Positions 35,796-46,651 of a stretch of 64,000 bases of DNA are shown here, one piece after another (the stretch's first letter is position 1; each line of letters opens with the position of its first letter). The stretch covers positions 126,976,001 to 127,040,000 of the forward strand of contig NC_058386.1 of NCBI RefSeq assembly GCF_018350175.1, read 5' to 3'. The translations under genes were made by a program, and so were the position numbers. The notes under the pieces are model-generated. The model worked only from the letters and a program-made list of their open reading frames with translations. It was not told the origin of the DNA and ran no database searches. Source of the stretch: Felis catus (taxonomy: Eukaryota).

Positions 35796-36023
35796 NNNNN
35801 NNNNNNNNNNNNNNNNNNNNNNNNNNNNNNNNNNNNNNNNNNNNNNNNNNNNNNNNNNNNNNNNNNNNNNNNNNNNNNNNNNNNNNNNNNNNNNNNNNNN
35901 NNNNNNNNNNNNNNNNNNNNNNNNNNNNNNNNNNNNNNNNNNNNNNNNNNNNNNNNNNNNNNNNNNNNNNNNNNNNNNNNNNNNNNNNNNNNNNNNNNNN
36001 NNNNNNNNNNNNNNNNNNNNNNN
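35796..36023. other. Assembly gap (228 N), expected to contain MTCP1 start codon/exon 2
   Basis: N run; I could not find MAGEDVG-like sequence elsewhere between 35710 and 40850. Confidence 0.8.
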
Positions 36024-39000
36024 AAGGTGACCCGGTACTAGCAACACCAACCAGAACCAAAACTCCTACACGTCTACTTGCACAGCCTAAACAGAGCCGA
36101 GGCCATCTGAAGCTGCCTGCAGGACACTGAAGTGACGCTCAGCAGTGTCTTGGGTAATGCTAACTGTTGACTGCAAAGCACGCAGCTCCTCAGGAAGCCA
36201 GGCAGTGGTCTCCCAATCTTTGCATTTACAAAGCAGCATCTGACCAAGTGTGGTTAGCAACGGAGTGTGCACAGCAGGGTGCTAAGGGCACTCAATTGGG
36301 CAAGAAAGCAGTATAACAACGGACCTGGGTGTGCCGTATCTCCCAGGTAAAAGTCCCTTCCAAACAGCTCCATTTTTAAAAGATTGTGAAGGCTGAATTA
36401 TGTGCGTTGCTAAATTGAAATTAAAAGTTTGTTTTAAGACAAACGACCTAATTGTCAGCTTACTTAGAAATGTTACTTATGCCAGTTGGGCATTTCCAGA
36501 AGGGGGTTTTCATGTTAGGGAAAATATTTAAGATAGCTTCATGGAATTCTAAAGCTGCAAAACACCTTGGCGATCATGGTGATTTGAGGCTGAGAGCAAA
36601 TGATAGTTATCCATCTAGGTCCTTGTTTCATTTTAATAATGCTTCAGGATGTCACAGGAGCCCATTTCTCCATAGAGGTGTGCGTTTAAATTCTGATTTC
36701 CCAAGTCAGAGGGCCAGAAAAACCCCTCTGCTCTTTGGTGTAAAGGAAGCAAAGGTACTGGGCAAAATCCTTCCATCACACAGATTAGGCTCTAACCCCA
36801 TAAGGATCTCTTTGTACCTGGCTTCTACTGTCATGGCACACTTTCACTGTATTTCTACCTCTGACAGCACAGATACAGCATTGGGGGATCTGCCCCCACA
36901 AAACAAAGGCCTCCTGTTCCCCTTGGGTGGCCTTTAGGTAGAAGAGGAGCTGCCACACACCTTTGGAGGTTGTTAAGCCATTAAACTGAGACTGTCCACA
37001 GCAAATGAGATGCCAGAACAGAGGATGATGCAGCCCAGGAAAAAGCTAGAAAGAACTAACTGAACTAAACCAAATCCTCTTTTCAAGGACAACAATCTGA
37101 GTCTGATTTTTCCCACCTTAACAACTGTTAGTTCACCATCCCTAAAAGTAGAAAATATCTTTTATAGAGTTAGGAAATGGTCTTATCTCGGTGGTTAATT
37201 TCAGAGCATTATGGTTGCTTCAGCCATTGTATCCTGAATGGAGGTGACTCTGAGCCCATCCTAACCTTCTAGGCCTCTCTCCTTCCAAACTCACCTAAAG
37301 TGGAACCCCTTCCCCTTCGCCAAATCCCAGTTTCTCTCAGTTATCTTGGACTTCATCTTGTTCAGTTGCTACATCCTGTCACCAATTCTAGGAAGCACCA
37401 CTACCACTGTATTTGAGACTAATTTTCCCCTAAATACTAGGCTCATTACTAGCTCCAAAGGTTTGCTCTTGCTTTCTCCTTGCCTAAAATGCTTCCACAG
37501 GCCATTTTCTGTATGCCTTTTGGGACCACTGCAGCATTTATGTCTAAGCTCTTACTCATATTTTGGCCTCTAATTTAAATTGCCTTGCACATTTGCTTTG
37601 CTTATTTCACAAGTCCTGTCTCCCTTCAAAGACCGTATTATAAGCTCTTTGATTCACAGGAATGATACACTACTGAGCACCCCAAGTCTCAAATACTAGT
37701 CAGTGTCCTTGTGAGTAGATGGACATATATGCTGACAAGGGAAATGGATAAATATCACATACACAAGAGTAGAGATTGATTCTCTAGGTGTACTATATGA
37801 CTACATATTTTTTGAAAGCTATTTTTTTTTCCATTTAGTAGACACAATCATTCTCCCTCTCTTCTTCCCAAGGGCTTTTGGAAAAGAGAGATATAAACAA
37901 AAACCAAGTAAATACGAATGTGAAAATAAAGTATATTAATGTCTGGATTTTGAGTACAAAAGAAGTGTGGCCATTTAATAAAAAATAGAAACCAAGTGTT
38001 AAGGGTTTCAGTATCGTTTCAAGTTCACAGATTCACTCACAGACAACCATCAATATCCTGACATTTAAATTTGTCTTGGATGAAAAGTGAAATCTTAGTG
38101 GTTATGCTGACATTAAAAGGGAATGATTCCAGTGGTATAGAGGGCAAACAAATTGGAGATGATAGTGTGAGTTACTATGAATCACTACAAAGAGGCCCAT
38201 GAGTCACTACAAAATATTCTCAGAAGAAAGGCAGTGTGATGTGCTGCTGTGACCTAAAGACCAACATGCTGGGCATCAGCAGCATGAGCCTGGGAACAAA
38301 CCCCAGCACATGACCCTGGACTTGTGTGTGCTACCACTTAGACACAGCATGAAGGCCCAGTGAAAGGCAAGGGCAGTGGCCAAGGGACTGAGAAGCTGCC
38401 ATGTGAGCTCAAAGCACAACATCCTTACCGAAGCAGAAAGTGCCTGGGAAAGCGTGAGATCAAAGACCACAAAATACCAGGTTGTAGGAATTGAGCACCA
38501 TTTCTCTAAAATATCATTCCTGGAACACTTGTCCCTACCTGTCTCTTTGGTCAAATAAGTTTGGGAATCTATAGTCGTAAAAGCCGTGGCAAGTTACACA
38601 GTAAGGTGGCTTTATTTTGTTTACCATTTCCCGAATTTATTTGACTAGAGAACATTTTTCTGCACATGAACCTTGTTCACAAACTTCAGAACTCCTTAAA
38701 CTACTATGAATCTCTTAAATACTCAAGATAAACTGAGGTACACAGTGCAATGTAATACACAGAACATAAACTTGTTTCCCTCAACTCCAAGGAATACTAC
38801 CATGTGCAAATTGAAATGGATTCAAACAGTGCTTATATTAGGTTTATCATCTTTTAAGGTACTAATACAGATCGTCCCCATGGGGGTCACGTTGTGTTAT
38901 GGTCAGAGACCATAGTGGCCTACATGGCTATTTACTAGTATGGCATTTCGTAAGTTTTGTTTTGAATGGATGATATATAATATAGGAGGACTTTCGTAAG

Positions 39001-40853
39001 GAGTATAATTCAATTTACAGGTGTTTGGACAATTTTTAAGTATTAATTACTTGAAGACACTTTACTTGAAGTGAATTAATCACCTGATTTAATTACAATG
39101 GGTGAAGTTACTCAGAACGTGTTCACTAGAGTTAGTCTGGCCTGGGTATGAATCCTGATTTTATCAGTGACTAGCTTTGTGACTAGACCAATTAACCTGT
39201 CTAGAGTTCAGTTTTTTGAGGTGTAAAATGAGAAACAAAGAACGTATTGATCATCATCGTCAGCAGTTATTTACCACTTTTTGTATGTTTTATATGTATA
39301 TATATATACATATTATATATATTATATATATATATTATATATATATAATATATATATAGGAAGTTGTGGACTCTGATTCTAATTGGGGCAGTTTCCATAT
39401 AAAGCTATATCAAGGCTTAGTAGAGTGTCTAGGACATAAGTTTGCTGTAAATGTTAAGTTTTTTTTCTACTGCAATTAAAGATTTAGAAATGTGCAATGC
39501 AGCGGCGAGTATTATGAAAGTCAGAAAATATCATTCTCGAATTTGAGAGTAACTGAGAGCAACGACAAAGGGGTGTTTTTTGTCTTGAAGGTATCTAAAG
39601 GTACTTTATAAAGTCAGAATATTCCATTGCTGGACATAATAATGAGAAGAATGGCCATCCTTGTCCTATTACAGCAGGGCATATTCGCCATGAACAGTAT
39701 CTGGAAATAATATATGGTGCAAACTTGACACTTTAGAGAAAAAATGTAGATCGGTTCAATGTAATCGCACACTTGAAGTTTTGTACCATATTCATGAGTA
39801 TCAGAATGAATCATGGACACAGGTGCCATGTGAACCTTAAGCATTAGGTCAAAATGGAGGTTGGTGGCATATATGTGACAGATAATCCCAGTGGATGTGG
39901 GCCCTATCTGTGGTGGGGAGAGTTGGGTTGGAACTGACTTCGGAGAAAAGAGCAAAGCATCAACACCTCTTCAAGTGGAACGTTGGGAATGTTCCCTTTC
40001 CAGTACTGCCATGTCTGCCTGGCTTCAACGCTACACAGGGAATCGAGAAGCAGATCAAAGAAACATAAACACTGATGGGCTGTGGAGGCGGCAAGGCATA
40101 GATTTTCCTTTGCTTTAGGATGGTTCCTCACATCCACGTGTCATTCCTAAGCTTGGGAGTGGAAAGATCTGTACTTTTACCCGTGGCACGCTTGCCATTC
40201 CTGAAAAGAAAAGGACTTTTACGTACAGTTTCACCATATCTGATATCATCAGGACAAGGAGAGAGCTGAGGACACTTGTAGTGTGGATATGGGCTGCGAT
40301 ACATCCGACCTTCGGTGAAAGCTCACGTCCCCCATTCCCGTCCCTGTATCAAACAAGCAGGTACCTAAAAGCCAAGCTTCAGAGTGATACTTTTTCCGAT
40401 ACAGTATAGCACTGTTTCTGGAAGAGGTTACTCACATGAATATAATGTTTCTTGGGCTACTTAATCCGCCTCAGGAGCCGCGAGGCTAAAACTTCCAGGT
40501 CCCCCGCCCTGGGCCACTCAAGGCAGGATCGGGACGTGAGCTTGGGGCGGGCCGAGGTCACCCGAACCGAAGTTAGGAGGCGAGGGCCGGCAACCGGAAG
40601 TGCTCCGGGGAGAGTTGTACGAGATTCGGGGCCGTAACTTGGAAGCAAACCGAAATAAAATAAAACCTGAACTGTCTTAGGACCCAATTTCAACCGAGCG
40701 TCCCCCGGACTCAGGAGGCCGGCGCGCGCGGCGAGGCCGCCTTAAAGGGCTGTCCCCGGAGCGTGTAGGCCGCGTACGGCTCTCTTCGGCGGGCGGGCAA
40801 AATGGGCGCGGGCGCTCGACAGGCGCCGGCCCGGCCGCCCGGGCGCCGCTCAC

Positions 40854-41000
40854 AGACCACGTCCGCCCGCGGCCCTCGAGCGCCGCCTCCCTGCCGACCC
40901 CGCCACCCGGCCTGACGCCCCGACCGCGGCCGGCTACCGCCCTCCGCCCGACGGCCACGCCCGCCCCGACCGGCGCGGGCGTCTCCCAGGTGCCGCCGGG
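40854..41000 (-). other. Candidate shared non-coding exon 1 of CMC4/MTCP1 (5' end uncertain)
   Basis: Good donor GGTCT|GTGAGC at 40853 inside the island; shared first exon is established for this locus, exact TSS not visible. Confidence 0.55.
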
Positions 41001-41192
41001 CCGGCCCCGCCCGGCCCCCGCGCCCCGAGCCCCGCCTCCGCGCGCCCGCCTCGCGCCCCGCCCCCACCACCCCGCCCCGCCCCGCCCCGCCCGCGCTCCT
41101 CAAGCCCCGCCCCCGCGGAACCCGCGCTCCGGAGCACCCGGTTGGCCAGGCCCGAGTGGGCCCGAGGCGGACGTGAGCGCGGCCGGACCAAG

Positions 41193-41315
41193 ATGGCGGT
41201 GCAGGTGGTACAGGCGGTGCAGGCGGTTCATCTGGAGTCGGATGCTTTCCTGGTTTGTCTCAACCATGCTCTGAGCACGGAGAAGGAGGAGGTGATGGGG
41301 CTGTGCATAGGGGAG
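41193..41315 (+). CDS. BRCC3: Lys-63-specific deubiquitinase BRCC36, exon 1
   Basis: MAVQVVQAVQAVHLESDAFLVCLNHALSTEKEEVMGLCIGE |GTGAGT; 123 nt. Confidence 0.98.
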
Positions 41316-41971
41316 GTGAGTAGCGTAGTTAGCCTGGCCGGAACCCTGCTGAGCAGTCCCAGTGCGGCCCCGGGGTGGGTGCCGGCAGCGCCCGGGACTG
41401 CGGGGGCCACAGGCACCCCGGACTCAGATTCTTGGACTGATCCTCCGGATGGTCCCGGAGTGAGGACTCCGTTTCCTTTGTGTCTTCACGCTTCTTTGGC
41501 TTCCCGCAACCCCCCAGCGACCTGCATAAGCCTCCGGGTGGGCCTTGTAGTTTCCCTTCTAGTCTGTGCTTTTCTTTACATCTGGATTTACCACCCCATT
41601 GACCAAAACCGCAAGTCAGGCCATAAGGACATTAGAGCATAACGAGGACAGCACCGTATTACAAAGCAACCAACCACGATGAGTACCCCTTCTCTCGCAT
41701 CCAGTCTTCTTTCTGGAAAGCCTTCTAACTGTATTAGACAACCACAGAGAGAAGACGGTTGCAAAGACGCGAAGGTTTCCGCTGGCTTAAGTGTTGCACA
41801 GGGACTAAAGAGGATGAGGAAATACAGCTTAGTTGTTTACAATCCAAAAATAAGAATTGTCCAGTTGTTCATGCCTCCCTACAGAAACACGTGACCCAAT
41901 TTTCATATAATCTGCATCCATGTACATCAAACTAGTGATCAATAATGTTTTCTGCTTTCTCCCCACTCTAG

Positions 41972-41988
41972 TTGAATGATGACACAAG
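41972..41988 (+). CDS. BRCC3: BRCC3 exon 2 (17-nt microexon)
   Basis: CCCCACTCTAG| LNDDT(R) |GTAAGA. Confidence 0.93.
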
Positions 41989-42780
41989 GTAAGATTATAT
42001 TTCTTTACTGATACCTTTTGACCTATATGTTATTCTTAACTGAAACATTACAAGTTTTGCAATATTGTATACGATTTGTATTAAGACAAGTTTCGCAATA
42101 TCGTATGCGATTTGTATTTTAACTTGCCATTATGAGTCTGGAGCCCCCGTACTGATAACTTTGAATTTCACTCCAACCCTGAATGTTGGTTTCCACCTTA
42201 CTTCCTAGTACGAGTACTGTCGGTTGATATACATATGACCTTATGTGAAAAATGTGGGTGGGAATACCAACATGATAACTGAACCTGTGAAAACTCTTAC
42301 AATTGTTCACTGATACGGTGCTCCTACCTTCTTTTTCCTTGATTGATATATTTTACATTCTCTGCCCCCTGAAACAACAATGAAATACAGGTAATTTTCT
42401 TTCTGGCATGTGATATGCAATATTAAAAGACATTTCCCCTTATTAACCCATTCCTTCCTTTAAATGGTCAATGGCTTTCTGCTTCCCCTTACAGCACCCT
42501 TCAGTGATCTCAGAAATGCCCAGTGGCTTGAATGCGTCACTTGGCAAAAGCTTTGGGTTACCTTTATTTCAGTTTCAAACAGTAGCAAGCCCACCTCCTC
42601 AATACCCAGGATTCTATGCGTTTGGCTTTGCCAGTGAACACACTATACACTTAGCCACTCTTCCTTTGTCTCTGATCAAGTTTTCATTGCAAAAACTGCT
42701 AAACCTGTTACTTTGCTTTAATACCTTTTTATATTACAAACCTCAGTTCCCCTTTTTTTTTTCTAATTTATTCCCAAAAG

Positions 42781-42835
42781 GAGTGACTCCAAATTTACAT
42801 ATACCGGAACTGAATTGCGCACAGTTCCTGAAAAG
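42781..42835 (+). CDS. BRCC3: BRCC3 exon 3
   Basis: CCCAAAAG| (R)SDSKFTYTGTELRTVPEK |GTATGT; 55 nt. Confidence 0.95.
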
Positions 42836-42949
42836 GTATGTGTGCTAGAATTTTGCATGATGGAAACTTGCCATTGGGAAGGGATTTCTGTCCTCACATG
42901 GATGATCTCAGCCAGGGATTAATCTGGTTTGTGCAGGCCCACATTTTTG

Positions 42950-45900
42950 GCTGGGTACACTGTTCTCTCTAGTAAAATCAGCTGAAGAGTCTACTCACTA
43001 AGAATGGACCTAATTTTCTACTCCTTGTAGCAAATTCAGATGAGTACTCACTCTCAGCTCTCCTCCTGGCTGTCATCTGTCTGCCTGTTTTCTGGCCCCT
43101 CTCCCACCCTCCTTGAGACATCTCACTGGTACACTGCCTTGAGATCTGGTTCACATCACTGTTGTCATCTCCTTATCCCAGATCCCAGTACCTACTCGGG
43201 CAGCCCCTCTCTTACAAGCAAATTATCCATAGTTCATAATTGATAGTCTACCTTGACTCTTCTCCTGTCTACAATTCCGCCTCACCTTTTCTGACATGCC
43301 CTAGCTTTCACAATCTGGTATAATGCTTCTCAAGCTAATTCTGATATAGGGCCATTTCATTCATTTTCCAGTATGTTGCAAACCAATGCCTTTGAAAAAT
43401 ACAATAAAAATCAATTATGCCTTCCTACCAAGCACATGACAGACATGATAAAGACCATCAGGCAACAACTCCATCTACTTATTACCCCTATATCCAAACT
43501 TTTCCATGTTGACCACTCTGCCTCCTTTCTTACAGATTCTTCACAGACCTTGCTTATCAAATATCCTCTCTTCTGAGTCTTCAACCTTTTCCTGTCATCT
43601 GGCTTTTTACCCTTTGGATACGAATGTGCTTAAATTACTCTCATTTTCAGAAACAACAGAAAAATAACTTTTTAATCCCACATATTCCTGTAGTCACTAC
43701 TCTTATATCCTTCTCTGAATAGTCAGACTTCTTAAAAGGGTAGACTATAATCATAATTATTTCTTTACTTTCTCCAGTCACACACACCAAGGTCTGGTTT
43801 CCAATTCTGTCTCGCCAGCCACCTCACCATTGCTACTATATCAGGTGATGACATCTTGAGGCTTATCTTCATCTTTCTCCATTGTAAATGGCAAGATTTC
43901 ATTCATTCTGATGACTGACTAATATTTCATTGTATACATGTACACACCACATGTTCTTTATCCACTTGTCAGTCAGTGGACATTTGGGCTCTTTCCATAA
44001 TTTGGCTCTTGTTGAGAGTGCTGCTGTAAACATCAGGGTGCATGTATCACTGGGGGAATTATTAAGTTAATAAATGGAAAGCATTTTTCCAAGTCCCAGA
44101 CACATGGAAATATTGTGCCATTCTGATTGCTGTTGTTAATATCCAGTCCTAGCTTTCCATTTATTAACTTAATAATTCCCCCGGTGATACATGCACCCTA
44201 CTGCTTATTTCAAGTTTAGGTCAACACAGGCATGTTAAATTAACATGTTCAAAACTGAACCTTCGTCTTCTTCAATCCCACTCCTCCAACATTTGTCATG
44301 CCACAGTAGTTCCCAAGCCTGGGGCACCTTGGAATTACCCTGTAACCTTTACAAAATCCTGATGCCAACTTCCTTGGTCTGGGGGTGAGACCTAGGCAGC
44401 AGGAGTTTGAAAAACTCCCCAGGTGATTCTAATGTGCAGCCATGTTTGGAAACCTTGTTGCCATTCAGAACCGTAAATTGCCCTCATATTGTTTCCAATG
44501 CTTCATCCCAGCTATTTCTACCTTACTGGAGGTCCTTATTGCTTCTTTTCTTGAATATTTGCTAGCTTCTCCACAGTCTCCTTGCCAGATTTTTCCCAAG
44601 GAAGGCTGGGCAAGCCATATTTTGCTGGCCTTTGTTCTATATGAAGATAGAGGAGCAAAAGGAACTTTTGAGACTGAAAAGGTATAGAGGCCAGTCTAGC
44701 TAAGCTAGAATATCTTATTTCTTATGTGACTGTCACTGTAACAGGATTCCTCAAGCCCTTCAGCTACCTGTGGCTTTCAGGGACATCTATCAGACCTTAG
44801 TTGCCTTTATTTATGCTTATTTTGTTTTTCATCTGTTCCTGGGCTGGCTGGTCTTGCCATCCTGAACTTCATTTGCTCATTCCTCTAGGCACTGAAACCC
44901 TCTCAGCCTATAGAGACAGAAAAAAGTCACCCTGTGACTCAACTCCTACTAAAATACATTCCTAATCTTAATGGTGTAATTTTATTTTTCAAGAGTCCAT
45001 GTCCTCATCTGGAATTCTGTGTCAATTTGTACTGGCCAAATAGATGTTAAGCTTCATGAGTTCAGTGACCTTATCTTTTTAGTAGATGTTGGCATGGCAT
45101 ATCTTTTTCCATCCTTTTATTTTTGGTCTTTTTGTGTACTGACATGTAAAGTGTGTTTCTTGGGGCGCTTGGGTGGCTCACTTGGTTAAGGGTCCAACTT
45201 CAGCTCAGGTTATCATCTCACAGTTTGTGGGTTCGAGCCCCATGTCAAGCTCTGTACTGACAGCTCGGAGCCTGGAGCCTGCTTCAGATTCTGCATCACC
45301 CTCTCTCTCTGCCCCCCCCCCCCCCCCCGCTCATGCTCTCTCTCTCTCCCTCAAAGAATAAATAAACATTAAAATAAAGAACCTCCTTTCCGATTTCACT
45401 CTTATCCCTGCAACATCTGCAAGTGTCACACCCATCTTTTCCCATGAAACTCTTGAACCATTTCATTCTTCTGCTTTTCACTCCTCTGCTCCCTCTGCCC
45501 ACACTGTTCCTTGCCTTTATTTACATCCTCCCCTGCTACATCAGCTTATCTTCCTTCCTTCCTTCATGATCCTTTCTAAACTTAGATCTGCTTTCTGTGT
45601 TCCACTGAGTTTCAACCTTGAAATTTTAGAGTTAAACTTGACAACTTCCTTTCCTCTATCATCCATGGGCCAATAAGCTAACAACTCTTGTGGATTCTTC
45701 CTTCTTAATGAATCTCAAATCTGTTTCTTCCATGTCTGCTATGTACTTAGCCCAGTATTTTATCATTATCCCACATTCAGACTCTTTGAAACAATATTCT
45801 TCTGGGTCATCTTGCAGATCATGGTATCTGAGGCCCTGTATAGTTTTACTCTAACTTTTCTTAGCCTTACTATCATTCCACCTCAAGTTCTCTGTTTAAA
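42950..45900 (+). mobile_element. Scattered L2 relics (with MER5-like piece ~44300-44460 and L1 piece ~43850-44050)
   Basis: Pyrimidine-rich L2-type phrases; caggtgattctaatgtgcagcc is MER5-like. Confidence 0.55.
45162..45375 (+). mobile_element. CanSINE in BRCC3 intron 3
   Basis: Full head/body/tail with C-run. Confidence 0.9.
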
Positions 45901-45971
45901 CCAGTTGGCCAACTTTTCTCCCAAACATCTCACTCATATCCATTTGGCATCTAGAGAAGTTCTGTACACAC

Positions 45972-45995
45972 CCATGCACACATATATGCATGCAT

Positions 45996-46034
<39 letters not shown>

Positions 46035-46050
46035 CACACACATGCACACT
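45972..46050. repeat. (CA)n-rich microsatellite
   Basis: Imperfect CA/CATG repeats around a perfect CA core. Confidence 0.9.
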
Positions 46051-46521
46051 ACACTCAGAGCAGTTGGGAAATTGTACACTTGTCAGCCTATGAAGACTTT
46101 TTTCTAATCTAAGTGACTCCATTCCTCTGCTCTTGTATTGATTTACTACATTACTTCATTATAGTTTCTGGTATGATACTTGCTGCTTAACCAAATTGTT
46201 AGCATTTTGAACACTTGGATTGTCTGCACTCTGTATCCTTTTCTGTGAGAGTCACTCACACGTCGTAAATCAAATGATTATTACTGGATCATTCATAAAG
46301 CTCTTCCTTCATTCAAATATTAGCCTTTATATTTTGTTTTGAAATGCATATATCAAAGTTGGATGTCTTTTATTTGACATATTCTCTCACTTATGATAAA
46401 AATTTGCAGTTTTCTAAATAGAATTTCTAACCTAATCGTGTAATTCAATGCAATTGTATAATTGCAGGGAAACATGTTACTGCAGAGACAGAAGTAAATA
46501 TTTCTATGGATTTTCCTCCAG

Positions 46522-46641
46522 GTTGACACCGTCAGAATTGTTCACATTCATTCTGTCATCATCTTGCGACGTTCTGATAAGAGGAAGGATCGAGTGGAAA
46601 TTTCTCCAGAGCAGCTGTCTGCAGCCTCAACAGAGGCAGAG
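46522..46641 (+). CDS. BRCC3: BRCC3 exon 4
   Basis: TTCCTCCAG| VDTVRIVHIHSVIILRRSDKRKDRVEISPEQLSAASTEAE |ATATCCTT; 120 nt. Confidence 0.96.
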
Positions 46642-46651
46642 ATATCCTTAC
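46642..46651 (+). promoter_or_regulatory. U12-type (minor spliceosome) AT-AC 5' splice site of BRCC3 intron 4
   Basis: ATATCCTTAC matches the U12 consensus RTATCCTT exactly at the codon where exon 4 should end; no GT there. Confidence 0.92.

Larger units (their letters stand above)
40450..41560. promoter_or_regulatory. Bidirectional CpG-island promoter of CMC4/MTCP1 (minus) and BRCC3 (plus)
   Basis: Very high GC/CpG; tandem GC boxes 41056-41093; ETS motif ACCGGAAGTG 40593-40602; YY1 motif CAAGATGGCGG 41189-41199. Confidence 0.92.

Noticed and set aside
36452-36937. 161-aa plus-strand ORF in the CMC4/MTCP1 intron
   Set aside because: Non-ATG start, antisense, no recognisable homology or splice context.
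40677-41642. Overlapping 60-166-aa ORFs around the BRCC3 promoter
   Set aside because: Same CpG-island artefact; only 41193-41315 is coding.
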